A program made the translations under genes and the position numbers. A DNA stretch of 64,000 bases from Carcharhinus amblyrhynchos (lineage: Eukaryota), in assembly GCA_965287045.1 (NCBI GenBank), contig OZ336880.1:49600001-49664000 (forward strand), written 5' to 3'. This document shows positions 1 through 13,405 of the stretch, piece by piece. The notes beneath the pieces were generated by a model that was not told where the DNA came from, did no database searches, and was given only the letters and a program-made list of their open reading frames with translations. Numbering within the stretch: the first letter of the stretch is position 1; every line of letters begins with the position of its first letter.

Positions 1-297
1 CAATGACAAAGCATGCACTGCACTCTGTGATAGAGATTTGCGAAGACTCACACCTACAGAAAGGAAATTCAGTGAAGATTTCTCTGCTGACGTGCAGACA
101 GTGCACAAAATGGGAGAGAGGTTTCAACAGGTTTAAGGTTGGATCCAGTTGGTTGAGGCAAAAGTGTGAGAGATGCGAAGGAGATTTTTGCCATGGCACA
201 CGTGATGACACCACTGAATCTCTTACTGTTCAGCAGTCGGATCCTGAAGATAATGCTATGAAATTGGCAAATTGTGTCACTGATCATCATGCCAATT

Positions 298-590
298 CAG
301 CACGGTGGCACCGTGTTTAACATTGCTGTCTCACAATGCCAGGGACCTGGGGACGATCCCTGGCTTGGGTCACTGTGGGAGCCTGCACGTTCTCCCAGTG
401 TCTGCGTAGATTTCCTTCGGGTGCTACAGTTTGGTCCCACAGTCTAAATAACGTGCTGGTTAGGTGCATTGGCCACGCTAAATTCTCCCTCAGTGTGCCC
501 GAACAGGCGGCAGAATGTTGCGGCTGGAGGATTTTCGCAATAACTTAATTGCAGTGTTAACGTAAGCCTACTTGTGACTAATAAATAAAC
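298..590 (+). mobile_element. tRNA-derived V-SINE (HE1-like head) with alternative 'type B' tail
   Basis: gcacggtggcac head, V-domain gggtgctacagtttggtcccacagtc, tail ending cttgtgactaataaataaac. Confidence 0.8.
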
Positions 591-1476
591 ATGAAACAAT
601 TTCTCTTGGCAAACCCCACTATTCAAGGCAGTGAGAACCTCCTTTCCATTCTGAAATTCCTCCACCCACATCTCTGTAGCTGTAGCTGAGAAAACACAGA
701 GCCTACAGGAAATTTTCTTGCCTCCAGATGTCCTTCTGTCGTTTAACATCATTACTTCCCAACTTTGGTTACAAAATGCCCATCCAATTTAAGCTACTGC
801 AGGTTCTTATGGGCTTGAAGCAATGCCAACTTTCCTGCTTCCTATTGGTGAGTTGGCTATGGGACAAATGTTTCATGACGGCAGCTTGTCTCTGAAAAAC
901 TAACGGAGGTCTGTGAATTGCCAAGGAAGACTTATCAATTCTTCTGGGAACCTAGTGCTCTTATTCAGCCCACCTTCTTCCGATTAAACTAAATTCAATC
1001 ACATTGACTCCAAGGCTTCTGGTATTCAGCAAAAACTGCAGCACATTTACATATATCAAAAAATACACTAAGTAACATTTAACAACAATTTAATAAATTA
1101 ACCTTTTCAAAGTAGCCTTAAAGCAATAAAGTGCTCTCAGAAATGCTAAAGACTCCAATAATCAAAGGAATATTTGCTGAATTAAATGTAAGTACATGAA
1201 GAAAGTGCATTCTATCTTGCTAAATGATATTAGGAAATTTGAAGAACAGCAGGCCATGATGCTTGGGAGTCACTTAACTATTCCAGACTATTCTTGACTG
1301 TGCGTGTTATGCAATTACATTTGTTTTACTGGTCATTTCCTTCACAAAGTACTGCATTATTTTAGAAAGAGAATTAGGACCTACAATCAGTACTAACATA
1401 CAGAATGTAAGATACTGCTAAATATTAATGATTTAAGACCTTTCATGGTAGATATGAGATGAGGTATCATTCTTAC

Positions 1477-1599
1477 CTGAGCTACTTCTTCAAAATCGTC
1501 GTGCCTCTTCTGGAGAGCACGGGCTCTATGAAGTGACTTTCCAACCCCAGTGTGTTTACTTAGAAATGCTTCCCCATGGTTTTCAATCCAGTCTAAAAC
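1477..1599 (-). CDS. KALRN: Kalirin coding exon (123 nt, likely exon 10); not in the ORF track
   Basis: Manual translation VLDWIENHGEAFLSKHTGVGKSLHRARALQKRHDDFEEVAQ; tacag| acceptor, |gtaaga donor. Confidence 0.95.
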
Positions 1600-2346
1600 C
1601 TGTATTTTTTAAAAAAAAGTGAAGATACTCAAGCAACATGATTAGCAGAAATAAATCACTGTAGTGCATAATATTGCAATCTTTTTAACATATTAATGCT
1701 GCTTGATTAGGAAGATGTTTTGATGAACTCACCAAAGAACATGTAATTGAGGAAAATTTCTGACTGAGAATAGCAACTTGTATGAAGCACCAGCTAATTG
1801 GATCTCTTGAAAAATTATAAGTCAACTAGCATGCTGTTCACTACAGAATAGGAAGAGAAATATCTGGAGATTGTTGCTGTATTGTTAGGTTCCTTTAACC
1901 ATTTAATACCTGTTTCACTCAAATCTCATACATGGACCTATTCTCTCCAAATCATTGATAGTGTCTCCAATTGTCCTGATAACAGGGTAAAATAGTGTAA
2001 CGAGACAATGGCAAAATGTTAAAAGTCCTTTTTTGATGACTTCTGACATTGGTTCTGTCCCATGCTTCAATGAGATCCTCCTTGTCACAGGAAGGCAGCA
2101 GAGTAACATTAGCACAGAACCTTATTTTAGGTTTTACATGTCAAAAAATGTTTAAAAGTAAATGAACAAACAATATCTGACATATAAATACGTATTTTTC
2201 ATAGTTTTAAACATCACTAACTGTTCATAAAGTAGAAAATAATACATTGCAACAGCATTGACAGTATCATCATAATTATTTTTCATATAATTGTTTCATT
2301 AATTTTTTCTTCATTATCTACGAAAGTTGTCTGTCTTAGCAGACTT

Positions 2347-3479
2347 GGACTGGATTTTTGCCATGGAGGCAGAAGCTCAAGTCGGGAAATCTCCCAACTC
2401 CACAGACCTGTCTGCATGGAAACAACCCTTGCATGTTTGATTTTCACTCAGGGGGTTGAGGTGAGATTAATTTTGACCTGATGCCCTGGAGGCAGTTTGG
2501 AGGTGTCCATGGCGGAAGGCAAGTGACGAAGTTGGTGCATTAAAAAGCCCGCTTTGGTTCTCTGAGACCTTGATTTTGTTTTACAAAAGGCTGTTAGGCC
2601 CCCTAGCCATCATACCTGCATCCACTCCACATCCCTGCTCATGCCTCCCAATGCCATCTTATGTCAATATGCCCTGTGCCATCTTCATTCCAGCTCTGTA
2701 GCCACTCACCCAGTTTTCACTATGGGCAGACCTCAGGAGCCACGTTCAGATAAAAAATAAACTTCTAATAACATAAGAGAACTCTCACTCATATGCATTT
2801 GATGCTGAAAAGATCCCTTCTTCATGAACTCATTCAAAGATGTTAAATACCTTCAAGTAGTCAATGTGTTTTAAAAACAAATAAACTTTTATTCACTATC
2901 CACATCAAAGACTCTTAATTCTTTAATAGCCCTTAAAGCTGTCAATCAAAATGTGAACTCAGTTCCCCTGCTACAATAATTAGTTGTTCAGGTTTTGAAA
3001 CATAGCGAACAATTCATGATGGGCTCAACAATAACAACGTCCCTTGGGAAATGTCAACAAAGTAGCCTATTAAAGCTGTGGAAACAGATGCCGATGGTCT
3101 GTTAATCAATGCAGTCCAGCAGCGGACATTGTTTACTGACAGCCACAGCCTTTTTTCATTATTAACGGGCTGGGGATTTGAATAACATTAGAGCTTTATA
3201 CTTAAACAGAACTTATCTTTAAGAGTGTTTACACCCCCTCCATAAATTTATGATGCCTCTACTGCGGGTTAAGTCCCCAGAAGAGTGAAAATAGGATCTG
3301 TTTTAACTCGGTACTAATTCAAAGTGGCTCTGCTGAGTTTGGATTTCTTGCCTGCGTTACTCACAGACCACCCTTTTCTCCCTACCTGCTGGAAACTGGG
3401 ACAGAATTCTTGAATCTGCATCCTGACCATCATTCTTAAATGCTTCCAGAGTTGGCCTCGCTCCCCAAAAAGATGGTCC
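2347..3479. mobile_element. Probable non-autonomous DNA transposon (Harbinger-like)
   Basis: Imperfect terminal inverted repeats ggactggattttt ... aaaaagatggtcc, similar to the MITE ends elsewhere in the window. Confidence 0.4.
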
Positions 3480-4335
3480 ATTGTCTCCTCAAAGATTTCA
3501 GTTGAATATCATCTTGAAGTTTTAAAACTAAGCTCATTTATTTGAAAAGTGGAAGACTGATGAAGATTGATGAAGCCCTCTAAAACTGTAAGTGCAGCTT
3601 CATGAAATTAAATGTCAGTCTGTTCAATTCTAAAAGCTGTCATTCAACGACACATATCTGAAAACATCACACAGCATTCTTTTGTTTGTATAAAGTGGGT
3701 CGTGTTCTTCATTAAATAGTTATTAGAAGACAACCGAACAAGAGTCAAGTTTATCAAGTTGACTATTATATCTGTGAGAAGATGTTCCTTAACACCTTAT
3801 AAGACAGAAAAAGCCAATAGCAATCTATATCTTAAATAAAAATGTTCCTTTTTAGTCATGATGGAAAAAGGAGACAGTGCAGAAATTAATGGCATTCAAA
3901 TGGAGCCATAGGGCATTCACAAAAAATAGATAGAATCAGAGAAAAAGGGGTTAAACTTGAATAGGGTGACAGATTTTTATTAATAGAGGTTGACAAAGAA
4001 GAAAATGCAGAGGTATAGTAATCATGAGCTGGGAAAAGGAATATTCTGTACCTCTGGACCTTCAGGCCAATGAAATCACGAAGGAAAGTGCCATATGTAA
4101 AAGTCACAACATTTTCACAATCAATAAAGCACCATCAATGAAAAATTAGGAGCAGGAGTAAGCCATTTGTCTAGCTCTCAAGCCTGCTCTGCCATTATAA
4201 GCTCTTAAGTTCATAAGATATAGGGGCAGAATGAGTCCAGTTGGCTCATTGAGTCTGCTCCTCCATTCATTGTGCTCCTCATCCCCATTTTCCAGCATTC
4301 TTCCCATAACCTTCCAACCCATTATCAATGCTATG

Positions 4336-4406
4336 TGCTTGGTGGTTCAGCGGTAGAATTTTCACCTGCCACACAGGAGGCCTGGGTTTGCTTCCCAGCC
4401 TATGCA
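4336..4406 (+). pseudogene. tRNA-Gly(GCC) pseudogene
   Basis: ttggtggttcagcggtagaattttcacctgccacacaggaggcctgggtttgcttcccagcctatgca aligns with vertebrate tRNA-Gly-GCC; anticodon GCC kept, multiple CpG-type changes including TTCG to TTTG in the T-loop. Confidence 0.88.
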
Positions 4407-4420
4407 AAGCCCCTTCTTTT

Positions 4421-4730
4421 GGGTGGTACGATGGCACAGTGGTTAGCAGTGCTGCCTCACAGCGCCAGTCCCAAGTTCAAGTCTAGCCTGGGTTACTGTC
4501 TGTGTGGAGTTTGTATATTCTCCTTGGGTCTGCGTGGGTTTCCTCCGGATGTTCTGGATCCTCCCACAATCCAAAGATGTGTGGGTTAGGTGGATTGGTT
4601 GTGCTAAATTGTCCTTTAGTGTCAGGGGGACTGGCTACTGTAAATGTATAGGGTTATAGCGATGGGGCCTGGGTGGGCCCCATCAATGGGCCGAAAGGCC
4701 TCCTTCTGCACTGTGGTGATTCTACAATTC
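4421..4730 (+). mobile_element. HE1-like V-SINE with CR1-type tail
   Basis: ggcacagtggttagcagtgctgcctcacagcgcc head; gggccgaaaggcctccttctgcactgt tail. Confidence 0.88.
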
Positions 4731-5168
4731 AACTCAATAAGACTGTGACTGATCTGTTAGTGACTTCAACTTTACTTTTCTGTCTGTCCCCCATAACCCT
4801 TCCAAGCGTGGGGTGGAATGGGAGGTCGTGCGAAGGGAGGCATGTGAGCTTACTCTGTCCTCTCCAATTTGAGGAGGTTCAGGGGCAGTACAGATTCCCA
4901 ACTTTTGCAATCAGTAGGTGTACATAAAAATGAAATGGAAGGCCAGGAATGAAAATAGTATTGTTCGATTTGTGTGCGTCCACTATAGATTCAAACTGAA
5001 TTGTATGCAGTGGGAAAACTCCAGGAAATCTAGGAACAGAGCAATGTCAATGGAGGTCTGAAATAGTCACTGCCTCTTTTCTCTGTCTGGTGCATGGTGA
5101 GTGCTGATTCCCTAAGCACATAACATGAGAGAAAAACTTCTGTGTTCCCTGTATTAAATCCTGGGAGT

Positions 5169-5301
5169 GGGGAGGAAATACTCCGGCCTCCCTGCGAAGT
5201 GTTTCCAGCGGCAGGAGGCACTGTGCCAATTGTTGGCAGTGGGATCTTCCGGTCCCGCCCAGAAGGTCCCATCGACATGTCCAGCTGGCAAATTCTGGCC
5301 C
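5169..5301. mobile_element. Harbinger-type MITE
   Basis: Ends ggggaggaaatactcc ... gcaaattctggccc; internal gggatcttccggtcccgcc shared with other copies. Confidence 0.6.
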
Positions 5302-5427
5302 CTATTTCCACTGTGCTATCAAACTATAAAAGACTTTCTACAAGAAATATATGCTGCAGTTTATCCTCTGCTTAAATATCTCAATACAATAGATTTTTAC
5401 CAAAGAGTAGGGGTTGTTTATAGATCA

Positions 5428-5680
5428 ACATGGCAGCCATTCTGCCCCAGTGATTTCCATATTCAGCAAGAGATGAATGCAGTTAATCTGCATTAATAGG
5501 TTGAAGAGGAAATGTTGGGTTGGATACAAAAGAAAATTCCTTCTTTTCTTCAAAAGTGCCATGGGTTCTTTAACATCCACTTGAATCACCAGAACAGACA
5601 AGCCCTTGGTTTAATGACACATCTGTAATTGGCACTGAAAATAAAGCACATTCCTTCAGTTTTGCAATAAAATGCCATCC
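5428..5680 (-). mobile_element. DeuSINE (SacSINE1/AmnSINE1-like) remnant
   Basis: cttcaaaagtgccatgggttctttaacatccacttg...cttggtttaatgacacatctg matches the Deu-domain core. Confidence 0.7.
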
Positions 5681-5745
5681 CTTTAATGGTAAAGGTACCT
5701 TACTTTCTATTTTAGCTAATATACTGGTACTCTCTTTTGATGTGT

Positions 5746-5896
5746 ACAGTAAGAAGTCTCACAACACCAGGTATCATGACACTCACCTGATGAAGGAGCA
5801 GTGCTCCAAAAGCTTGTGATACCAAATAAACCTGTTAGACTTTAACCTGCTGTCATGAAACTTCTTACTGTGCCCACCACAGTCCAACGCCATATC
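5746..5896. mobile_element. Penelope-like element terminal fragment with partial inverted repeat
   Basis: acagtaagaagtctcacaacaccagg...cttcttactgt; flanked by duplicated ttgatgtgta (5737-5746 and 5897-5906). Confidence 0.75.
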
Positions 5897-5898
5897 TT

Positions 5899-6122
5899 GA
5901 TGTGTATTGGTTATCTAAATGTGGTGATTGTCCATTTAAGGATGACCTAAGGGACAAATCAGGGAGCAGGGAGGGAGATCACCCTGATGAGCTCAGGTTT
6001 CTATTCCAGAACCTTCTGGGAAGCTGGTTGTAGCCAGAAGGCTGCAAGCCTCTTGTATAGCCTTTATCTGTAAATAAACAGTTCATTGTCTTTCCCTTAA
6101 TTGGTGAACAAGAATTATTACA
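5899..6122 (+). mobile_element. Possible solo LTR
   Basis: TG...CA ends (tgatgtg ... attattaca) and internal aataaa; no TSD seen. Confidence 0.4.
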
Positions 6123-6504
6123 TGGAATGAACTTTTATTTCTTAAAGCAAAAGGGCACGGAGTGAATTAGTTAATGCCTTGCAAAACTGAATATCCAAAC
6201 AATTAATCCTAGTTTTACAAATGGAGTTTTTCTTTTAACTGTCTGATGGAATAAGAACAGCATCACACCTGAGCTCTGAGATCCATTGCAAAATTAACTG
6301 GCTGGTCTTGTTTCACAATTTGGTTTTGCAATATCTTTAGATGCCCTTCCTAATCCTCTTCAGTCTGTCACCCACCAACTTCCTGATTTCATTAATAGAA
6401 TTACTATTGAAATCTTTTAATTATTAGACTGAAATCAGGTGAAGCACAACTTCAAACAGGAAGCCCATGGTTAGTCAACTAAATAGATGGGGCTTCATTT
6501 TGAA

Positions 6505-6925
6505 GGAATACATTCGCTTACTGGATTTCAGAAGAATGAAGGGAAATCTTATAGAAACATATAAGAATATGAAGGGAGTAGATAAGACAGAAGCAGAGAA
6601 GTTGTTTCCACTGGCGGGTGAAACTGGAACTAGGCGGCATAGCGTCAAAATAAGGAGAAGAGCTGTAGGACTGAGTTGAGGAGAAACTTCTTCACACAAA
6701 GGGTTGTGAATCTGGAATTCCCTGCTCAGTGAAGCAGTTGAGGCCACCTCATTGAATGTTTTTAAGGCAAGGATTGATAAATTTTTGAACAGTAAAAGAA
6801 TTAAGGGTTATGGTGAGCGGGTGCTTAAGTGCAGCTGAGTCCACAAAAAGATCAGCCATGATCTTATTTAATGGCGGAGCAGGCTCAAGGGGCCAAATGG
6901 CCTACTCCTGCTCCTAGTTCTTATG
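6505..6925 (+). mobile_element. CR1 LINE 3' fragment
   Basis: FRRMKGNLIETYK peptide and atggcctactcctgctcctagttcttatg tail. Confidence 0.88.
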
Positions 6926-8029
6926 ACAAATGCTTAGCGATGGTTTGTAATTGCAGTGATTAAAGTTGTCCCAGCTCCGGTCCTTAGTATGTGCTGAGAT
7001 TGTTCATTTCAATCAGAGCGGCAGAAAGGACATTGAAATGGTCCTCTCTGTTTCAGGTTGGCAACACTGATGGCAGAATGAAATGGCTGGGGGCAAATCA
7101 ACCAGTGTGACCACCACTTATGATTGCTAATCAGTTGACTCTTCCGAAAAGTACAGGTGTGGGGACAATGCATGATGCTTAGAGGAAACAAAAATAGTCC
7201 ACCTGTGTTCAGCACTTCAGGAATATGGGGAGAAAAATAGGGTAAAAATTTAAAGAACAATCAATTTTCACTTTAGGAAATAATACAAAATGAAGACTGT
7301 TGATTATAGAGCCACATAGTGGTTGTTTATGGATTACTTAGGGAAATGTTCCAATGGGTGGCATTTTACTGCAATCACTTTGCACCCAAATCCTGCGGCC
7401 ATTGTTTTAAAATAGAATTCAATGAACTAGCTAATGTCTGCCTAAAAACACAGAAATATTACCAAAAGATGCGCATCAGAAAAATAATCCCTTTGGAGAA
7501 TGAAAGAAATTATCATAATGGCAAGCATAACGATCTAAATGTCTATAAGTATACTTTCAATTTTTTAGTTACTTCTGCAGCCCAAGACTCTGCAGTGTTA
7601 CCATTATCCTCGTACTACAATTAGTGTCAGTGGGCAGTGGGTTCAGATATTTTGAAAATTAATCTGGATCTCACAACTCTGTCTCTGGTAAATTTTAAAC
7701 AGTTAGTGAGGTATTAATGATAATACAAGAACTCATAAAATTGTGCCCAGAACCTCTATTGTATGAGTTTAAAATTGTGATCCTCAAGTGTAGAGACATG
7801 AGATTATGACCCATGAGAATTCCCCAACCCGAGGCCCAAGTGCATCACTTTCTCCAGTTTCTCTTATTCTCTATCTGAGCTTACCCTGCTCGAGGCCCCC
7901 TCTGCTCCCTCAACCACAGTCCCACTCAGTTGCTAATAACCCAGTTTCTCTTCCTGGCTCCTATTGTTACTTTTTCACTTGCCATGGTATCAGTAAAACT
8001 TGGGTAAATTACTTTTTCCACCTCTATTC

Positions 8030-8980
8030 ATATTACTTCATGTCAAGTTTAAAATTAAAGGAACATTGAGGATTTCTAAAGTGAACCTTTAAAAATACAA
8101 TGCAGTATTACGTTAGAATCGATTACCTTTTCTGAAGATATTGACTCCCTCTCTCCTTTTCAAAGTTATTATTACCTTGTCCTAAAATAAACACCTTTGA
8201 TTCCCCTTTCTTTATTAATCACAATCTTATGCTGAACTTCCACTCCGCTATCCAAAGCTAGTGAAGAAGTTGTCACCTTCTAAGTCTATGCCTATCTTCA
8301 TCATGAATCTATTTTTAATCTCTCCAATCCAGTAACCATCCCAGCCAAGGCACTGAAATGAACCTAATATAAATCACAAAGACATCCTATTTTCACTTTC
8401 TCCGTCATCTTTCTTGACTTCTCTGCAGCTTTCAACATAGTCAACATTATTTTCCTCAAAGGCCTCTCATCCATAGCACAGAATGACTACCCTCACATGG
8501 TTTTACACTTTACAACCCTATCATATTATCATAGCCAGAACACCTTTAGCAATTACTCCTCTTGTCTTCCCCATAGTGTTACCTCTGGAGTCCCATAGGA
8601 ATTTATTCTGAGTCCCTTTATCTTCCTCAACTACATTTTGGTTCCTCAAGATATAATTCAAAGGCATAGGGTGGGATTTTCCATCCATGCTCACTCCAAG
8701 GTTGAAAAATCCTGAGGTCAATGGACCTTTGCATGGTCCATGTCCCACCCGCTACAATTCCCATGGCAGGTGGAATGGGAAAATTCCACTCATTGCGTCA
8801 GGTTTAACACGTCTACCGTTTTTCCAGTACCTCACTCAAACTGTCAATGTTGTCACTGCCTAACATCCACTCCTGGATGAGCTTCAACTTACTTCAGCTA
8901 AATGTTGGAAGATGTAGACATTTCATCTTTGGTCCCTTCCACAAACTCTAAATCTTCTCCACCTTTCCCAGCCACTGTCC
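8030..8980 (+). mobile_element. Old L2 LINE fragment with a MITE at 8669-8791
   Basis: cttcttgacttctctgcagctttcaacatagtcaac (LDLSAAFDTVD-like); continues after the CR1 at ~11515-12000. Confidence 0.65.
8669..8791. mobile_element. Harbinger-type MITE
   Basis: TIRs gggtgggattttcc / ggaaaattccactc; 3-bp flanks ATA/ATT. Confidence 0.75.
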
Positions 8981-9104
8981 CTTGGTAAGATGCTGTTTTA
9001 AAGAGTCATTGCAGATTTGATCGACTGAATGGCCTCCTTTTGTACTGTAGGGGTTTTATGGTTCCCTGGTAATGTCACTATCTCTGCTCCTGTTTGGGAG
9101 CTTG

Positions 9105-11512
9105 ACTGGGACTCACTTTGTGCTAGGGGCACACATGGGGCAGAATTTGTAAGGAGCATCCAGAAGGACTTCTTGAAACAGTATGTAGATAGTCCAGTAT
9201 GTAGATAGGGAATGGGCCATACTGGACCTGGTATTGGGGAATGAGCCTGGCTAGGTGATTGATGTTTCAGTAGGGGAGTAATTCGGGAACAGTGACCACA
9301 ATTCAGTAAGCTTTAAGGTACAGATGGATAAAGATAAGCATAGTCCTCAAGTTAAGGTGCTAAATTGGAGGAAGGCTAATTACAGCAATATTAGGCAGGA
9401 ACTGAAGAGTGTAGATTGGGGCCAAATGTTTGAGGACAAATCAACATCTGGCATGTGGGCAGCTTTCAAGTGCAAGTTGACAGGGGTTCAGGACTGGCAC
9501 CTTCCTGTAAGGATGAAGGATAAGTATGGCAAGATTTGGTAACTTGGATAATGAGGGATATTGTGAGCCTTGTCAAAGAGGGAAAGGAAGCATTTGTTTA
9601 GGCTAGGAGGCTGGGCACATATGAAACCAATGTGAAATACAAGGAAAGAAGAAAGAAACTTTAAGCAAGGAGAAAGGAGGGCTAAAAGGGGTCACAAAAA
9701 ATCATTATCCAGCAGGATCAAGGAAAATCCCAAGACATTTCATACATTTATAAAGAGCAAGAGAGTAGCCAGGGAGAGGGTTGGCCCACTCAAGGACAGG
9801 GGAGAGAATCTATGCGCGGAGCCAGGGGAAATGAGCGAATTATTAAATGAGTACTTTGCGTCAGTATTCACCAAAGAGAAAGACTTGGTGGATGATGAGT
9901 CTGGGGAAGGGTGTGTAAGTAGTTTGATTCATGTTGAGATCAAAAAGGAGGTGGTATTGGGGTTCTTGAGAAACATCAAGGTAGACAAGTCTCCAGGGCC
10001 TGATGGGATATACCCTAGAATACTGAGAGAGGCAAGGGAGGAAATTGCTGGGGCCTTGAGAGAAATCTTTGTATCCTCACTGGCTACAGGGAAGGTCCAA
10101 GAGGATTGGAGAATAGCCAATATTGTTCTTTTATTTAAGAAGATAATTACAGGCCAGATAGCCTTATATCAGTGGGTCTGGAAATTATTGGAGCGGGTTC
10201 TTCAAGACAGGATTTACTCCCACTTGGAAATAAGTGGATCTATTAGTGAGAGGCAACATGGTTTTGTGAAGGGGAGGTCGGGTCTCACTAACTTGATTGA
10301 GTTTTTCAAGGAAGTGACAAATATGATTGTAGGGCAGTGGATGTTATCTACATGGACTTCAGTGAAGCCTTTGATAAGAACCCTCATGGCAGACGGTGCA
10401 GAAGGTGAAGCTGCATGGTATCAGAGGCGAGCTGACAAGGTGCATTTGGAACTGGCTCGGTCATAGAAGACAGAGGGTAGCAGTGGAAGTAGATGTTTCT
10501 GAATGGAGGGCTGTGACAAATGGCATTCCTCAGGGATCAATGCTGGGACCTTTGCTATTTGTAATATATATAAATGATTTAGAGGAAAATGTAACTGGTT
10601 TGATTAGTAAGTTTGTGGACAACACAGATTGGTGGATTTGTGGATAGCGATGAGGACCATCAGAAGATATAGCAAGATATAGATCGATGGCAGGTGGAGT
10701 TTAATCCAGACAAAATTCAGGTATTGCATTTTGGAAGTTCTAATACAGATAGGAAATATACAGTAAATGGCAGAACCCTTAAAAGTATTGATAGGCAGAG
10801 AAATCTGGATGTACAGGTACACAGGTCACTGAAAGTGGCAACGCAAGTCGAAAAGGTAGTCAAGAAGGCATACGGCATGCCTGCCTTCATTGGCCAGAGT
10901 ATTGAGTTTAAAAATTAGCAAGCCATGTTGCACTTTATAGATCCTTAGTTAGGCCACATTTGGATTAGTGTTCAATTCTGGTCGCCACACTACCAGAAAG
11001 ATATGGAGACTTTGGATAGGATACAGAAAAGATTTATCAGGATGCTGCCTGGTATGGAGAGGGATTAGCTATGAGGAGAGGTTGGAGAAACTTGGTTTGT
11101 TCTCACTGGAATGACGGAGATTGAGGGGCGACCTGATTGAAGTCTACAAGAATATGAGGGGCATGGACAGAGTGGATAGTCAGAAGCTTTTTCCCAGGAT
11201 GGAAGAGTCAATTACTAGGGGGCATAGGTTTAAGGTGCAAGGGGCAAGGTTTAAAAGAGATGTATGAGGCAAGTTTTTTTTTTACACAGAAGGTGATTGG
11301 TGCCTGGAACTCGCTGCCCGTGGAGGTAGTGGAAGCAGATACAACAGTAACTTTTCAGGAGCGTCTGGACAAAAACATGAATAGGATGGGAATAGAGGGA
11401 TATGGTCCCCAGAAGGATAGGGGGTTTTTGTTCAGTCAGGCAGCATGGTCAGTGCAGGCTTGGAGGGCTGAAGAATCTATTCTTGTGCTGTAATTTTCTT
11501 TGTTCTTTATTC
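9105..11512 (+). mobile_element. CR1 (HER1-like) LINE, 5'-truncated, disrupted ORF2
   Basis: ORF pieces LNEYFASVFT, KSPGPDGIYPRIL, QHGFVKGRS, GIPQGSMLGPLLFVIYINDL; ttctttg tail. Confidence 0.93.
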
Positions 11513-11514
11513 TC

Positions 11515-12322
11515 TGTCCAGCTGCTGCCTTGAATTTGGCTCCTTCAGACTCGACTATTTGAATGCTCTCCTGTTAGACTTCCATCCTCCACCCTCCATA
11601 AACTTCAGTTTATCCACAAAACTGCTGTTAATGTTAACCCATACCAAAACCTAATCAGCAATCACCCCTATGCTGACTGACCTGTAGTGGATCTTAGTTC
11701 ATCCTGTAGCTCAAATGTAAAGTTCAAATTCTCATGTTTATCATTTCATGATCTTTCCCTTCTTTCTGGGTTTCCAAGAACTCTGTACTACTGCAATACT
11801 AGTCCCTCGTGCATAATCCACTCCCTTTGTTCCCCCCTTGGTGGCCATTCCTTCAGCTATCCAGGTGTAGAAGTTTGGAATTGCATCTCTAAACTTGTCT
11901 GCCTTTACATTTCTCTCTCCTCCTGTAAGATCCTTCTAAAAACATATCTCTTTGACCAAGTCTTAGCTCCTCCTTCTTTGGCTTGAGTCAATTTCTGTCT
12001 GGTATTGTTTCCACATGTTGTAATATGCCTTTAAGGGTTTGCAATATGACATCACAAAAAAGAAAGTGTGTCATGTAATCTAGTTTAGTTTTTATTTAGA
12101 CCAGTGCAGAACACAACAGCCCTGTCACTGATGTCATGAAGTTTTCTATCTGTGTATATATGTTCTCATGTGCCTAGCTTGAATAAATGAACCCACACAG
12201 TATTTACACAATCCCTTACGAGTAATTAGTGCCTTTTATCATTATAAAAATACAACACTGTGATGTACTTAGAGAGTTTTGCTATGTTAAAGGTGCTGAA
12301 GAAATGCAAGATGTTGGTGTTG
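11515..12322 (+). mobile_element. L2 LINE 3' end, interrupted by a solo LTR
   Basis: ggtggccattccttcagctatccagg; tail ttttgctatgttaaaggtgctgaagaaatgcaagatgttggtgttg. Confidence 0.65.
12016..12257 (+). mobile_element. Solo LTR (242 bp)
   Basis: Perfect 7-bp terminal inverted ends TGTTGTA...TACAACA, internal AATAAA. Confidence 0.75.
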
Positions 12323-13405
12323 AGCAGATGTAGGAGATTGTTTCATAGCTGTCTCATCTCTTTCATATGTGGTAAAGTGAATACGAGCACCATTACTAGC
12401 GCTCTATGGTTCCGCATTTGAATATAATGTTATTCTATAAACTCTCATTGCATATCAAATTTATGCAACAAGTCCTGAAATTCTGTCACAAGTGGTATAA
12501 ATGCCACTCCTCAATTATGTCATTCAGTTAGGTACCAATGACTTTACATTGTGACCGTTCATGGTGAACTTCGAGAACACAGTCTCATTATTGTAGGCAC
12601 TGATCAGAGAAACTCAAAGGCTTATGGAGAATTCTTAATTGCTGCTTACAGATTAACATACTTGCCAATACATCTCACATATATATCCCACAAACCAATG
12701 CTGATGACTCCTGTGATGACACAAACGTCTGAAAGAGTATGAAAGAGTTCAGCAAAGAAATCTTCAAAATAGGGGCTTGAGCTTCTTTGAAAATCAATAG
12801 AAAAGCTGAAGTATGGCAATTGCAGGAGACTGTTTGGGTTTTGAAATGCAATCACTACTATGTGTCTTACCTGGCTTGCCATAGTCATGTGACCTTTGCC
12901 ATACAGGAAGCCTGGGGGCAGCCATGATATTTTCAATTCAATAAAGATGCCATACTAGGAACATAGTGGTCTTAGAGTTCATATCATGATGTAGGAAGTA
13001 GAGCTACAGTTTTGAAAAGCTGGAACATAAGTCATAGCTACTGAAAGACAAGAATGTTCCAGCCTGCTAAAAACTGCCGCAGAAAAAAGAAACAAGATAA
13101 GGAAAAGCTTAACACAAAGCGAAGGCTGCAAGTAAAATTAGGTGAGACAAAAATTGCTGTAAATTTTCCACTCCCAGTCCCTGTTGAAATGAAAGGTGAT
13201 GTGTAACAGAACTGGCATTATTCCCACTTGCAATGGCAAAACTATTTAATTAACAAACCAGAGCTGATACAAATAGTAACACTTTTAACACTGCTGAAGT
13301 GGGGATAAGGAGAGACTGCTACAAATTGTGTTCCACCTCAAATCTTTCCAAAAAAAAAACAGAAAAAAAGGTGACAAAAGATTTGAGGCCATGAAGGTGC
13401 ATTTT

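Noticed and set aside
1-1476. Internal promoter of delta-Kalirin isoforms (reported in mammals for the intron before exon 11)
   Set aside because: Only the first 1.5 kb of that intron is present and no promoter signature is visible
4336-4406. Functional tRNA gene
   Set aside because: CpG decay disrupts the stems and the B box (GGTTTGCTTCC)
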